A stretch of DNA of 64,000 nt from IMG/VR virus record IMGVR_UViG_2639762822_000001; one strand, 5' to 3'. Below are positions 20,001-28,348 of this stretch, in pieces. This DNA is from a virus. Its lineage: Duplodnaviria > Heunggongvirae > Uroviricota > Caudoviricetes. Position 1 is the first letter of the stretch, and every line of letters begins with the position of its first letter. The notes beneath the pieces were generated by a model. It ran no database searches, was not told the DNA's origin, and saw only the letters and a program-made list of their open reading frames with translations. The translations under genes were made by a program, and so were the position numbers.

Positions 20001-20593
20001 GCCACTTTCATCGCCCGGACGTTAATCTGGTCGTAGAATGGGGTAGGGTGCGGATAAACTACGCTGTAAAAGTTCTCTCGCCCGCCAGCACTTACAAGCG
20101 TGCCAATGATCTTCGCGAAATCGCGGCGCTGGAAGACACTGCCAATGTCAGAGGTCAGAAGGATAATGTTGCCTTTGGCATACGCGTCTGCCAGTTGGTG
20201 GAGTGCCAGGCGCGGAACGAAGTAAAATTGCTCGCGCTTGTTGGCCAGGGTCATCAGCTCACACACGTCACGATAGCCCTGTTCGTTCTTAATCAGAGCG
20301 GTGAAGCTGTAGCTCCGTTCACGAACCAATGATTCCATACATCCCCCTGACTCTTTCGCCAGGCGAGCGCGGTGCTCATACATAGGATCATCGACAATAT
20401 TCAGCTTTACACCACAAATAACAGCGATGTCGTCACCCGCGGCGCGCTGAAGGGGAATGACGCTGGCAATGTTCATGCTGTCAGCGGAAATCACAGCGGT
20501 GTAGCCCGCGTCTCTGGCTACCTTAACCGCGTTGTCTGCTTTAAGAGCCGATTCCCCAAGTGAGAAATCAGTTCTGACCATCAGAGCCTTCAT
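17075..20593 (-). CDS. dnaE: DNA polymerase III alpha subunit (DnaE-type, N-terminal PHP domain)
   Basis: 1172 aa; PHP N-terminus; palm motif [43 protein letters not shown]; start context AAAGGTAAAAACACATG. Confidence 0.9.
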   Translation of the reverse strand: [1172 protein letters not shown]

Positions 20594-20771
20594 GTGTTTT
20601 TACCTTTCTGGTTTTTCTAATCTTGTCATTGGGGAAGCCTACGAACTTCCCATACATCAAAATCGCAACCTCTTTGGCCGCCTGGTGACAGTCGGGCCTG
20701 TCAGTGCAGTTCTGACAAGCCAGACCAGTTTCAGACGCTGCGATAAGAGAACCGAAACATCCTTTACGCAT
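20568..20771 (-). CDS. small Cys-rich hypothetical protein
   Basis: 67 aa with CQNCTDRPDCH; overlaps the dnaE start by 26 nt. Confidence 0.3.
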   Translation of the reverse strand: MRKGCFGSLIAASETGLACQNCTDRPDCHQAAKEVAILMYGKFVGFPNDKIRKTRKVKTHEGSDGQN

Positions 20772-20773
20772 GA

Positions 20774-22009
20774 TTAACCGAAGATCTTCTGAACCACTTC
20801 ACGAGCCGCTTGTGCAGACGTTGAAGGAAGTTTGTTGATGAATGACTTCTCGATGCCAGCAGCGAAATCGCCGCGCATCATTCCGATCCTTGCTGAAAGC
20901 AACAGCTCGCGAGGGCCTATTGGCTGGCTGATCAGGTGCTGTTCGTAACCGTCTCTGACGAGATTTGCGAATTTCACCATTTTTTCTGCGTATTCCCGGA
21001 TAATCCCGGCTTCAACCAACATATTGACCTCTGTCTTAACGCTCATGTATTTGACGTTCGACACGATGCCAAAGCGTGAGAAGTTCGCGGCGTTCTGAAT
21101 GTTCGTACCCTGATACAGTCCTGTTTCGTCACCAGATCCGTTGGTGTTGCCAGTGCCGATAAATGCAAAACGTTCGTGAGGAGTGATTCGGCGCCAGTCT
21201 GGAGTTGCCTCTTTGATGACCAAAGGCTCACCTTCCAGCACGGGCTGGTAAACCCCGAGAATCTGAGGAAATGCGAAGTCATATTCATCGGCCAGATAAA
21301 CCCAACCGTTTTTCATAGCTAGTGCCAAAAGCCCAGGCTCAAAGTAGGTGGAACCGTCACGGGCAAGGATCTGGCCAGTAACATGTGCCTCTTCCATCGA
21401 CGCTGTGTGCTGGGCGCGAATCAATGGACGGTTTAGCAAAGCGCATAGTTGGGTCGGCAGAGAGGATTTGCCTGTGCCGGCGTGTCCCCAGAGATAACCC
21501 GGGATTCCGATCTCTAACATCATGAAGATGTCCTTAATCAGATCGAAATCCCCATAGACGTAACCTTTCTTCGCTTCTGGTACGAACTCTGGATATGGGG
21601 AGTTAACATTCACAGTCACCTGCAGCGGTTTACCACGAGGCGTACCCAACTCTTTAAGCGTTACGCCAAGCAGCTCGTGCGCGGCAACCAGTTCGGTTTT
21701 GTATTCAACCGTACCTACGTACCCGGGGTGGGTGCTGATTTCCGCTACCTTTCCTTCGCCTGTATGTTTCTCAGCACGCTTCTCTTTCAGTTTGGCCAGC
21801 GCGGTTCGTGAAAGAGTTGGCTCTTCGGGAAATTCGGCGGTGTACATTTTCACCACCTCGTCAACATCGAGACCTTTTGCCGACTCTGGTATGCCTTCAC
21901 AGCGACCCATCGAAATATGTGACTTAAGGTGGTGAAAGGATTTGCCACACCACTTACAGATAATGGTTTCCGGCAAAAGCTCTTCTTGCTGTAGTGCAGT
22001 AGCGGTCAT
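20774..22009 (-). CDS. cobS: CobS-like AAA+ (MoxR-family) ATPase with N-terminal zinc ribbon
   Basis: CKWCGKSFHHLKSHISMGRC zinc ribbon; Walker A GHAGTGKSS; partner vWA gene immediately upstream; start context AAGGAAAAACACATG. Confidence 0.75.
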   Translation of the reverse strand: MTATALQQEELLPETIICKWCGKSFHHLKSHISMGRCEGIPESAKGLDVDEVVKMYTAEFPEEPTLSRTALAKLKEKRAEKHTGEGKVAEISTHPGYVGTVEYKTELVAAHELLGVTLKELGTPRGKPLQVTVNVNSPYPEFVPEAKKGYVYGDFDLIKDIFMMLEIGIPGYLWGHAGTGKSSLPTQLCALLNRPLIRAQHTASMEEAHVTGQILARDGSTYFEPGLLALAMKNGWVYLADEYDFAFPQILGVYQPVLEGEPLVIKEATPDWRRITPHERFAFIGTGNTNGSGDETGLYQGTNIQNAANFSRFGIVSNVKYMSVKTEVNMLVEAGIIREYAEKMVKFANLVRDGYEQHLISQPIGPRELLLSARIGMMRGDFAAGIEKSFINKLPSTSAQAAREVVQKIFG

Positions 22010-22105
22010 GTGTTTTTCCTTACTCGTTTGTCGTTCGTGCGTATATCTTATAGAAATATATCAGGCTGTATAGTAAGTGGTTACTTAATTTTAAGGGTAA
22101 GCGAT

Positions 22106-24430
22106 TTACCCAAGAATGATACGAGATAGCTCAGTAACCACAGACGGGCCTAACTCCTCCACACTGTTAACAAGGGCGTAGTTTTTGTAATAGCGTTTCG
22201 GGGCATTGGTCAAAATTCCTATCGCCATGAGATCAATATCACTAAGGTGCTCAATCTCTTTGGCTACAGTGCGCAGGTGCTCGCTGAACCCATCGCCGGC
22301 AGCACATGGCGAACCGTCACTCATGACCAGCATGATTTTTTTGTCTTCTGTTCGCCCCGAAAAGAGTGATGCCAATTGCGCGATACTCTCCCCATCAACG
22401 TTGTTGAGTAACGGGAACGTTTCTCCGACGCAACCCATACGAGCGCGGATCTCTGGTGAGTTAGCTTTCTCGTTCCAGTTTTTGATGATAGGCAACATCA
22501 GGGCTTCAAAACGCGAAAAACCACGTTTAGACATTGTTCCATGATCAGGGGCGCCGAAAGTGGTAAAGCCGGTGATGATATTCGGTACGTTAATACGATC
22601 GAGTGCATCAGCGATTGTGTAGGCGCTGGCGAGTGCCAGATGAATCTTTCTGCCGCCCATTGAACCTGACAAATCGATTACCTGCTGCACACAGGCGTTA
22701 ACTGCCTTGTGATCTTCTTTCCGTCGAAATACGCGATCATCCTTCATTGCCAGACGATAAAGACTTGAGCCATGAACACGCCCTCGACGTTGGCCAGGGA
22801 CAAACTGGACACGATTACGACTGGCGATCGCCCGTTCCAAATCTTTGGCCAGGGTTGAAGACACTCCGGCTGAAAGGTGTTCTTCAACCCGCAATTCAAA
22901 AAGTTTTCGACCCTCTGGAACCATACGATAGCGATCAACAGGAGAGTGCATAGGGATTGCGCCAAAAACTTTTTTGGCCCGCTTGATATGCTCTTCCGCC
23001 TCGTCAATTGGACCGATGAAATCGTAAGAGCGGTCATACGGACGGTAATCAGAAAGAGAGCCGCTCATCAGCTCTTTGCTGATGGTTTCCGACAGCGCAT
23101 CCTCGGTCATTTCATCGGCACCGTCTTCTATTTCATCAAGCGCCTTCAGTGCATCTTCCAACGTCATTCCGTCTGTTTCTGCAACGAAGCCTGTGTCACC
23201 ATCAGGCGTCTCTTCTGTACCCTCGTCCTTTTCGCTCCCGTAGCTCTCTTCATCTTCTTCGCCGGGCACCCCATCGCTATCGCCAGCTCCACCATGTTCG
23301 GCAGTGTCATCTTCTCCTGACCCATAACCATCGGAATCATCGGCGTCATCTTGAATGCCGTCACCAGGGGCCGGAGACCCATCGCCCTCTGAGCCAGAAC
23401 CTTCTTCATTTGCAGAATCCGGTGGTGTGGTGCTGCCATCTTCGTCGGTATCTGGGTGTTCTCTGTGTTCTTCTTTACCTGTTTCTGAAGAATCATCACT
23501 TGTATCACTTATGTCTTTATCGTCAGTAGGTAAGTCCTTATCTAATGAACCGGGCGAATCAGAATCACCAGAATCGCGATCTTTGGCTTCTTCTTCTTTT
23601 TCCTCGCCTTCTTCTTTCCGCCCTGGTGTGGCTTCTTTATGGCTGGGGTTTTCTGGCGCTTCAGGTTTATCTCCAGACTCATCATCGCGCGTGGAGGGCT
23701 TCTTTGCAGAAGATTTCATTTCAGGAAGTTTACCTTCTGGTTTTTCCTTCATGTCTTTCATGATCTGCGCAATAGCCGCGGCTACTTTGACGCAGTCCTC
23801 AGTACTCGACATGTTGCGAACGGCAGAGTCGATACCGTGTTCTTTAAGCAGGGCGACGGGTTTTGAGATGTGATGCCAGTTATCTTCCATAAACTCGACG
23901 AAAGGGCTTTGGCCATCCCAGGCTCTGACTACAGGGCACAGGAAAAACTTCAGAAACAGATCTCGCTGATCCCCGCGACAGATAGATACTGCCTCGACTA
24001 CTTTGGTCTTAAAGTATTTGTCGATAATCAGGTTTTGGGTTGCCAGAAGGTTACGACGAGTCCCATTAAAAACCTGCCCCATCCTGCGTTCGATAAAGAC
24101 ATCTTCCAGGGCATTCCAGAGACCTGTAGATGGCGCTTTCCCTTTCTCGCGCATCTTCATGGCGACCGTCGGATCAGTAAAAAGGATATGGGCTACCTCA
24201 TGGTCTAGAAAGCCACGTACTGCGTTCATCAGCGTAGGTGTTGCATCATCAGGTATGGATGGTATGTTGACCAACACCGGCTCTCCACGCTTGTTGTAGC
24301 GTACAAATGCTTCATTACCACGCTCCGCTACAGGGATGCTTTTTCCGGAAAGCATGGCGACTACTCGTTTAACGCAATCGCGAAAGTCCTGTACCTCTTT
24401 CAGTACAGCTTTAGAAGATGCTTTAGACAT
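22106..24430 (-). CDS. cobT: CobT-like von Willebrand factor A domain protein with very large acidic low-complexity linker
   Basis: Start at the internal ATG (24430) with AAGGAAA ribosome-binding site; C-terminal vWA MIDAS DLSGSMGG; about 200 aa of D/E/S/G-rich sequence in the middle. Confidence 0.75.
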   Translation of the reverse strand: MSKASSKAVLKEVQDFRDCVKRVVAMLSGKSIPVAERGNEAFVRYNKRGEPVLVNIPSIPDDATPTLMNAVRGFLDHEVAHILFTDPTVAMKMREKGKAPSTGLWNALEDVFIERRMGQVFNGTRRNLLATQNLIIDKYFKTKVVEAVSICRGDQRDLFLKFFLCPVVRAWDGQSPFVEFMEDNWHHISKPVALLKEHGIDSAVRNMSSTEDCVKVAAAIAQIMKDMKEKPEGKLPEMKSSAKKPSTRDDESGDKPEAPENPSHKEATPGRKEEGEEKEEEAKDRDSGDSDSPGSLDKDLPTDDKDISDTSDDSSETGKEEHREHPDTDEDGSTTPPDSANEEGSGSEGDGSPAPGDGIQDDADDSDGYGSGEDDTAEHGGAGDSDGVPGEEDEESYGSEKDEGTEETPDGDTGFVAETDGMTLEDALKALDEIEDGADEMTEDALSETISKELMSGSLSDYRPYDRSYDFIGPIDEAEEHIKRAKKVFGAIPMHSPVDRYRMVPEGRKLFELRVEEHLSAGVSSTLAKDLERAIASRNRVQFVPGQRRGRVHGSSLYRLAMKDDRVFRRKEDHKAVNACVQQVIDLSGSMGGRKIHLALASAYTIADALDRINVPNIITGFTTFGAPDHGTMSKRGFSRFEALMLPIIKNWNEKANSPEIRARMGCVGETFPLLNNVDGESIAQLASLFSGRTEDKKIMLVMSDGSPCAAGDGFSEHLRTVAKEIEHLSDIDLMAIGILTNAPKRYYKNYALVNSVEELGPSVVTELSRIILG

Positions 24431-24545
24431 TAGAATTTCCTTGTTTTTAAAACAATTTGTTTTCTGATGTGTGAAATTTATCACTGTACGAACAGGCCGC
24501 TAAACTGTTCGTACAGGTCAACTTAGGGGGATCAGGGAAGGACGT

Positions 24546-24767
24546 TTAGTTCGTTCTGACTGCTAAGGAGCCGCAGCCGGTATTGATGAGTGTGAAGCGC
24601 TTATCACAAAGTTCGAAGGTAAAGGCGGTGGCGTCACCCATATCGAGGGAAATCTGTTTTGCTGGAAGGTCGGCTAGGATTGCTGCCACCTTTTCCTCGT
24701 GCAAAGAGAAAATATGGCCAACTTCAAGTTCGTTCAAATTACAGGCTATTTTTTCCATTTCATTCAT
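24546..24767 (-). CDS. hypothetical protein
   Basis: 73-aa ORF. Confidence 0.35.
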   Translation of the reverse strand: MNEMEKIACNLNELEVGHIFSLHEEKVAAILADLPAKQISLDMGDATAFTFELCDKRFTLINTGCGSLAVRTN

Positions 24768-25019
24768 CCAACTACATGGTTTCTAAACGTTTCTGAATAC
24801 TACTACCTATTGTATCAATAAGGAATATTTTCATATCAGATGTTTCTGCTTGCCATGTAATGAAAATGCCAGTCATTACACGCTTAAGTGTTGCCCTGCC
24901 TGGGATTAAGGAGCATAATGTGCCGCCAACAAATGGTAGATAAGTCTTTACAACCCTGGCCTTTGATGTAATATCAGTAAGCACTTACCAGAGATAAATA
25001 AAACACGCAGGGTATAAAC

Positions 25020-25400
25020 ATGGCTACCAACGAAGCTAAACAAGGTCGCTACGCCGCCTATATCGACTCTCTAATCACAATTTCCCCTAAAAGTCAGGCC
25101 ACTATCGCTAAGGAAATTGGGTATAAAAACCCTAACAATCTGTCACTTATCAAAAGTGGCAAAATTCCTTTGCCGGTGGACAAGGTTCGCCCGTTGGCCG
25201 TCTCTTTGGATGCTGACCCAGTACGCCTCATGCTCATGGTTCTCGAAGAGCGTCACCCGGAGCTTCTTGAGTTCTTCCGAGATGAAGGCACGGCTCCGCT
25301 TTCTCAAGACGAAAAACAGGTACTGGATGCTTTTCGCAAGCGTTTCGATGGTCAACAAGGTGCTTCAGAACAGGTCGTCGAGGCCATCAAGTCAATGTGA
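25020..25400 (+). CDS. helix-turn-helix (XRE/Cro-C1-like) transcriptional regulator
   Basis: QATIAKEIGYKNPNNLSLIKSGK HTH-like segment; divergent from upstream genes and convergent with the recombinase gene. Confidence 0.5.
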   Translation: MATNEAKQGRYAAYIDSLITISPKSQATIAKEIGYKNPNNLSLIKSGKIPLPVDKVRPLAVSLDADPVRLMLMVLEERHPELLEFFRDEGTAPLSQDEKQVLDAFRKRFDGQQGASEQVVEAIKSM

Positions 25401-26498
25401 GAAATTTATACGAATAAGCTCTGTCGCTAGACGATCTCCCTTGAAATTATGGTCTATCTCGTCTAAATCTGGTTGTTCTACGATGGATGCGATGTGCGCC
25501 GAAAATTTACATAAGGCGTCTCGCATTTCATCCATATAGTCGTGACGGTCGTAAACTCGATCTATTCCCTCAAGGCTATGGTTCATGATTTTACGAGAGA
25601 CTTCCTGATTAATACCCAGGGCAGGGAAATAGCTACGCGCTGTTCTTCGCAGATCGCGAGGAGTGAAGACCTCAACCTCCATCAATTCCGGACGTTCCAA
25701 AATCCTCCGGAGCGCCTGTGATATGGCTACTTTTGACATTGGCATGTCCTTATCGCGTTTCTTATTTGAGGGCACCAGCCACTGGCTGTCTTTCCCATAT
25801 TTAAACAGTTCCTCGACGCACTTCCTCATCAGCGGGCTTAACGGTAGAGCATGTTGTCTGGCCGATTTATTACGTGTGCCTTGATTCCATACATCACGTT
25901 GAAGGTTGAACTCACTCTTCTTGGCCCGGAGCACTTCATCGGGTCGCCTGGCAGCAACGAGACATAGTCTGGCCGCCCACTTTGTCCCTTCGCATACGTT
26001 GAAATAATCCCAGACGTTCCAAAAAACCCAAACTTCGGCGTCCGTTAGCTTGCGTTCCCGGGGCGTAGGTTTGGCGCCACCTGCGACCTTGTTGAGTGAC
26101 ATATCGTTCAACGGCGACGTTTCGATGACCCCCTGGAAGGCGCACCAGCCCAGAAACTGCTTCATCAGGGAAAACACACGCCTGCCCATGACGATCTTCC
26201 CTTCCAGAATGAGCGGGTTCACCAGCTGGTTGACGAGCACCCTACTAATATCACTTACTTTTACATCAGAGATAAAAGGTAAAACATGTATCAAAACACA
26301 ATGGACGGCGATCTCCGGTCGGCGTCTTGTTATGAGTAAAGATAAGCGAGTGAATAACAAGAAGGCATCTGAAAACTTCATCTCGCCACTTACCAGAGAG
26401 GCTGCCATCGCATTCATTTGCGAAGCCCGTTCCAGAAACTCAATCGCTTCTCGTGAGGTGTTTTCGGCTGCGCGTGCTCGATCAAACGAATTTTTCAT
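25392..26498 (-). CDS. tyrosine recombinase (phage integrase family; integrase or multimer-resolution recombinase)
   Basis: C-terminal catalytic pattern FTPRDLRRTARS ... IMNHS ... VYDRHDY (R, H-x-x-R-like, His, Tyr nucleophile). Confidence 0.75.
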   Translation of the reverse strand: MKNSFDRARAAENTSREAIEFLERASQMNAMAASLVSGEMKFSDAFLLFTRLSLLITRRRPEIAVHCVLIHVLPFISDVKVSDISRVLVNQLVNPLILEGKIVMGRRVFSLMKQFLGWCAFQGVIETSPLNDMSLNKVAGGAKPTPRERKLTDAEVWVFWNVWDYFNVCEGTKWAARLCLVAARRPDEVLRAKKSEFNLQRDVWNQGTRNKSARQHALPLSPLMRKCVEELFKYGKDSQWLVPSNKKRDKDMPMSKVAISQALRRILERPELMEVEVFTPRDLRRTARSYFPALGINQEVSRKIMNHSLEGIDRVYDRHDYMDEMRDALCKFSAHIASIVEQPDLDEIDHNFKGDRLATELIRINFSH

Positions 26499-26524
26499 AG
26501 TCCAATCACTTAGTTAGCCGCAAT

Positions 26525-26544
26525 ACTGTATGCATAAACAGTAT
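26525..26544. promoter_or_regulatory. LexA (SOS) box upstream of the recombinase gene
   Basis: TACTGTATGCATAAACAGTA fits TACTG(TA)5CAGTA / CTGT-N8-ACAG, 27-46 bp upstream of the recombinase start. Confidence 0.6.
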
Positions 26545-26595
26545 ATTAGGCATTGTTTCTTATGGGATCAAGCCTAACGTTACAGTGATTTTACC

Positions 26596-26628
26596 AATGA
26601 TTCCATACTTAATAGGTATGGAATCATT
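26596..26628. other. lox/dif-like recombination site candidate (13-bp perfect inverted arms, 7-bp spacer)
   Basis: AATGATTCCATAC-TTAATAG-GTATGGAATCATT about 100 bp upstream of the tyrosine recombinase gene. Confidence 0.5.
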
Positions 26629-26766
26629 TAAGGTCGATATCTTTAAATCTGAAGGATTTTTGTGTACCGTTTTAGCAATGGCAAAAATGCGGTATACCCA
26701 TGCACTCCCATGGTCGGTTAGGGTACAATATGCCAACGTATACTAATAATGAGGGATTGAAGGTAG

Positions 26767-27306
26767 ATGCACGCGCATAAGTTGGTAACACCAGGCTTGG
26801 CTTCGCTCCCTGGCGATCTGTCCTACCTAGATATAGAGTTTGTTTTTTCCGGAAATGAGACGCGTAAAGCTTGCTACCGCTTAGTCTTCTGCCCACCTTC
26901 ATTAGATCCAGTTGCTGCGGAAACCATGCACGGTATGTTGGGTACTGATGTTAATTCGTTGTGTGTATCAGTAGTTAGCTTTGTCGACATGGTTCAGCTT
27001 GACAGGCAACAGGAACAAATAGACAATCCAGTTGTTGGCGAGGAACCGGTTAACCTGTTCGCTAAACCGGAAGGGGCCTTTAACCTTACTTTGGGCGAAC
27101 TACAGTATCTTTACGGTACTTTAGTTGACTTCATGATCAAAGTTGCCGACAATGAAGGCATACAAGTTTTGTTCTTTGCAGCTGAACGCGAAGAACTGAT
27201 AGCCACATACGAAAGATATGTGAAGAGGTTTACACGAGATCGTGGCCTAACTTACTTAAATGACGGAGCTTCCTATGCGATACGAACGCAACACTACCCA
27301 GAATAA
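26767..27306 (+). CDS. hypothetical protein
   Basis: 179-aa plus-strand ORF. Confidence 0.45.
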   Translation: MHAHKLVTPGLASLPGDLSYLDIEFVFSGNETRKACYRLVFCPPSLDPVAAETMHGMLGTDVNSLCVSVVSFVDMVQLDRQQEQIDNPVVGEEPVNLFAKPEGAFNLTLGELQYLYGTLVDFMIKVADNEGIQVLFFAAEREELIATYERYVKRFTRDRGLTYLNDGASYAIRTQHYPE

Positions 27307-27421
27307 GGGTAAGATTGATTTCAAAGCGATCCATGCTAGCAAAGTCGAAATGATGAAACAGTTCATGACCGCTAAAGCTGAAGCTGAACGCAAGGGTGAA
27401 GTGGTCTTTAAACCACTGTAA
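27275..27421 (+). CDS. small hypothetical protein (48 aa)
   Basis: ATG with GGAG ribosome-binding site; MRYERNTTQNKGKIDFKAIHASKVEMMKQFMTAKAEAERKGEVVFKPL; followed by a terminator. Confidence 0.25.
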   Translation: MRYERNTTQNKGKIDFKAIHASKVEMMKQFMTAKAEAERKGEVVFKPL

Positions 27422-27440
27422 TCATTCGCTAGCAGTTATG

Positions 27441-27470
27441 AAAAGGCCCATACGGGCCTTTTTTGTTTTT
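27441..27470. terminator. bidirectional rho-independent terminator
   Basis: AAAAGGCCC-ATAC-GGGCCTTTTTT. Confidence 0.55.
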
Positions 27471-27756
27471 ACAACGTACTCACTAAAGCTGCAAATTCTG
27501 TATAGCCGCCGATAGGCTCGCCATTTACGAACACCTGCGGTATGGTCCCCACCGGCTTGCCAACCAGGTCGCTCAACTTCTCTTTGTCGATCCCGGCCGA
27601 CATAATGTCGATGTATTCGTAATCATCAAAGCCGTGGCCATGCAGCTGCTTCGCCAGCTCGACCGCACGTTTGCAGTATGAGCAATTTTCGCGTCCGTAG
27701 ATAACGACCTTCATGCCTTTGGTCATGATCTTTTTTTCGATTTCCATATCGACCAT
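27469..27756 (-). CDS. nrdC: glutaredoxin (NrdC/NrdH-like)
   Basis: CSYCKRA active-site CxxC in a thioredoxin-fold-sized protein; C-terminal GG motif. Confidence 0.8.
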   Translation of the reverse strand: MVDMEIEKKIMTKGMKVVIYGRENCSYCKRAVELAKQLHGHGFDDYEYIDIMSAGIDKEKLSDLVGKPVGTIPQVFVNGEPIGGYTEFAALVSTL

Positions 27757-28015
27757 ATTAGTCTCCTTACATAGAGCGAGTTACCCGAGCGAGAAGAATC
27801 AGCTCATAAGACCCTCATCGCGCCTATCTGCTTAGGACCTCAGCAGATATACCGCGTAGATTTGCTAAAAAACTAAGTCATGCGACTTTCTGATGTACTC
27901 AATGATGATTTCAACACACTGATACTACAGTAATTTCCATAAAACTTGTCAAGTAGCGATTTATTCATCAATTTCAGTTAAACTTTGTCTCAGGTTTCGG
28001 TGAGTTAGGGCAGAC

Positions 28016-28348
28016 ATGAGAATGACCAGCGAAGAAGCACTTTTAAAATCAGGTTTTAGTAAACGTGATCTACAAAAGCTGAAGAACAATATTGAGAACT
28101 ATGGTGGCTCACTTGATAGCGTTACTCATGATCTGGCCAATCGGTTTAAAGCATCGAAGTGGATAACAATCGTTGCCTTCATCATATTGGCTTTCACTCT
28201 CTTCTTTGCGTCAAAGGATACAAGTTTGATACTTGCGTTAACTTTGATGATTGTTCTGCCTTTTATCTGGTATATAACGCCAGCAAAACTAGGCTACAAA
28301 TCCTGGCGTTACCGTAAAATTCTCACTAATTCTGGGACGAATCACTGA
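28016..28348 (+). CDS. small membrane protein
   Basis: Two predicted TM helices. Confidence 0.45.
   Translation: MRMTSEEALLKSGFSKRDLQKLKNNIENYGGSLDSVTHDLANRFKASKWITIVAFIILAFTLFFASKDTSLILALTLMIVLPFIWYITPAKLGYKSWRYRKILTNSGTNH

Noticed and set aside
23149-23873. Plus-strand ORFs 23149..23529 and 23355..23873
   Set aside because: Antisense to the acidic low-complexity region of the cobT-like gene; reading frames are kept open by the GA-rich repeats
24484-24516. Possible LexA box within the 12-9-12 palindrome
   Set aside because: The arms have CTGT-N4-ACAG spacing rather than CTGT-N8-ACAG; it is kept only as an unknown operator or hairpin
24772-24984. 70-aa minus-strand ORF in the regulator upstream region
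   Set aside because: Weak start context, its start codon lies inside the palindromic promoter motif, and there is no coding signal; more likely a noncoding promoter region
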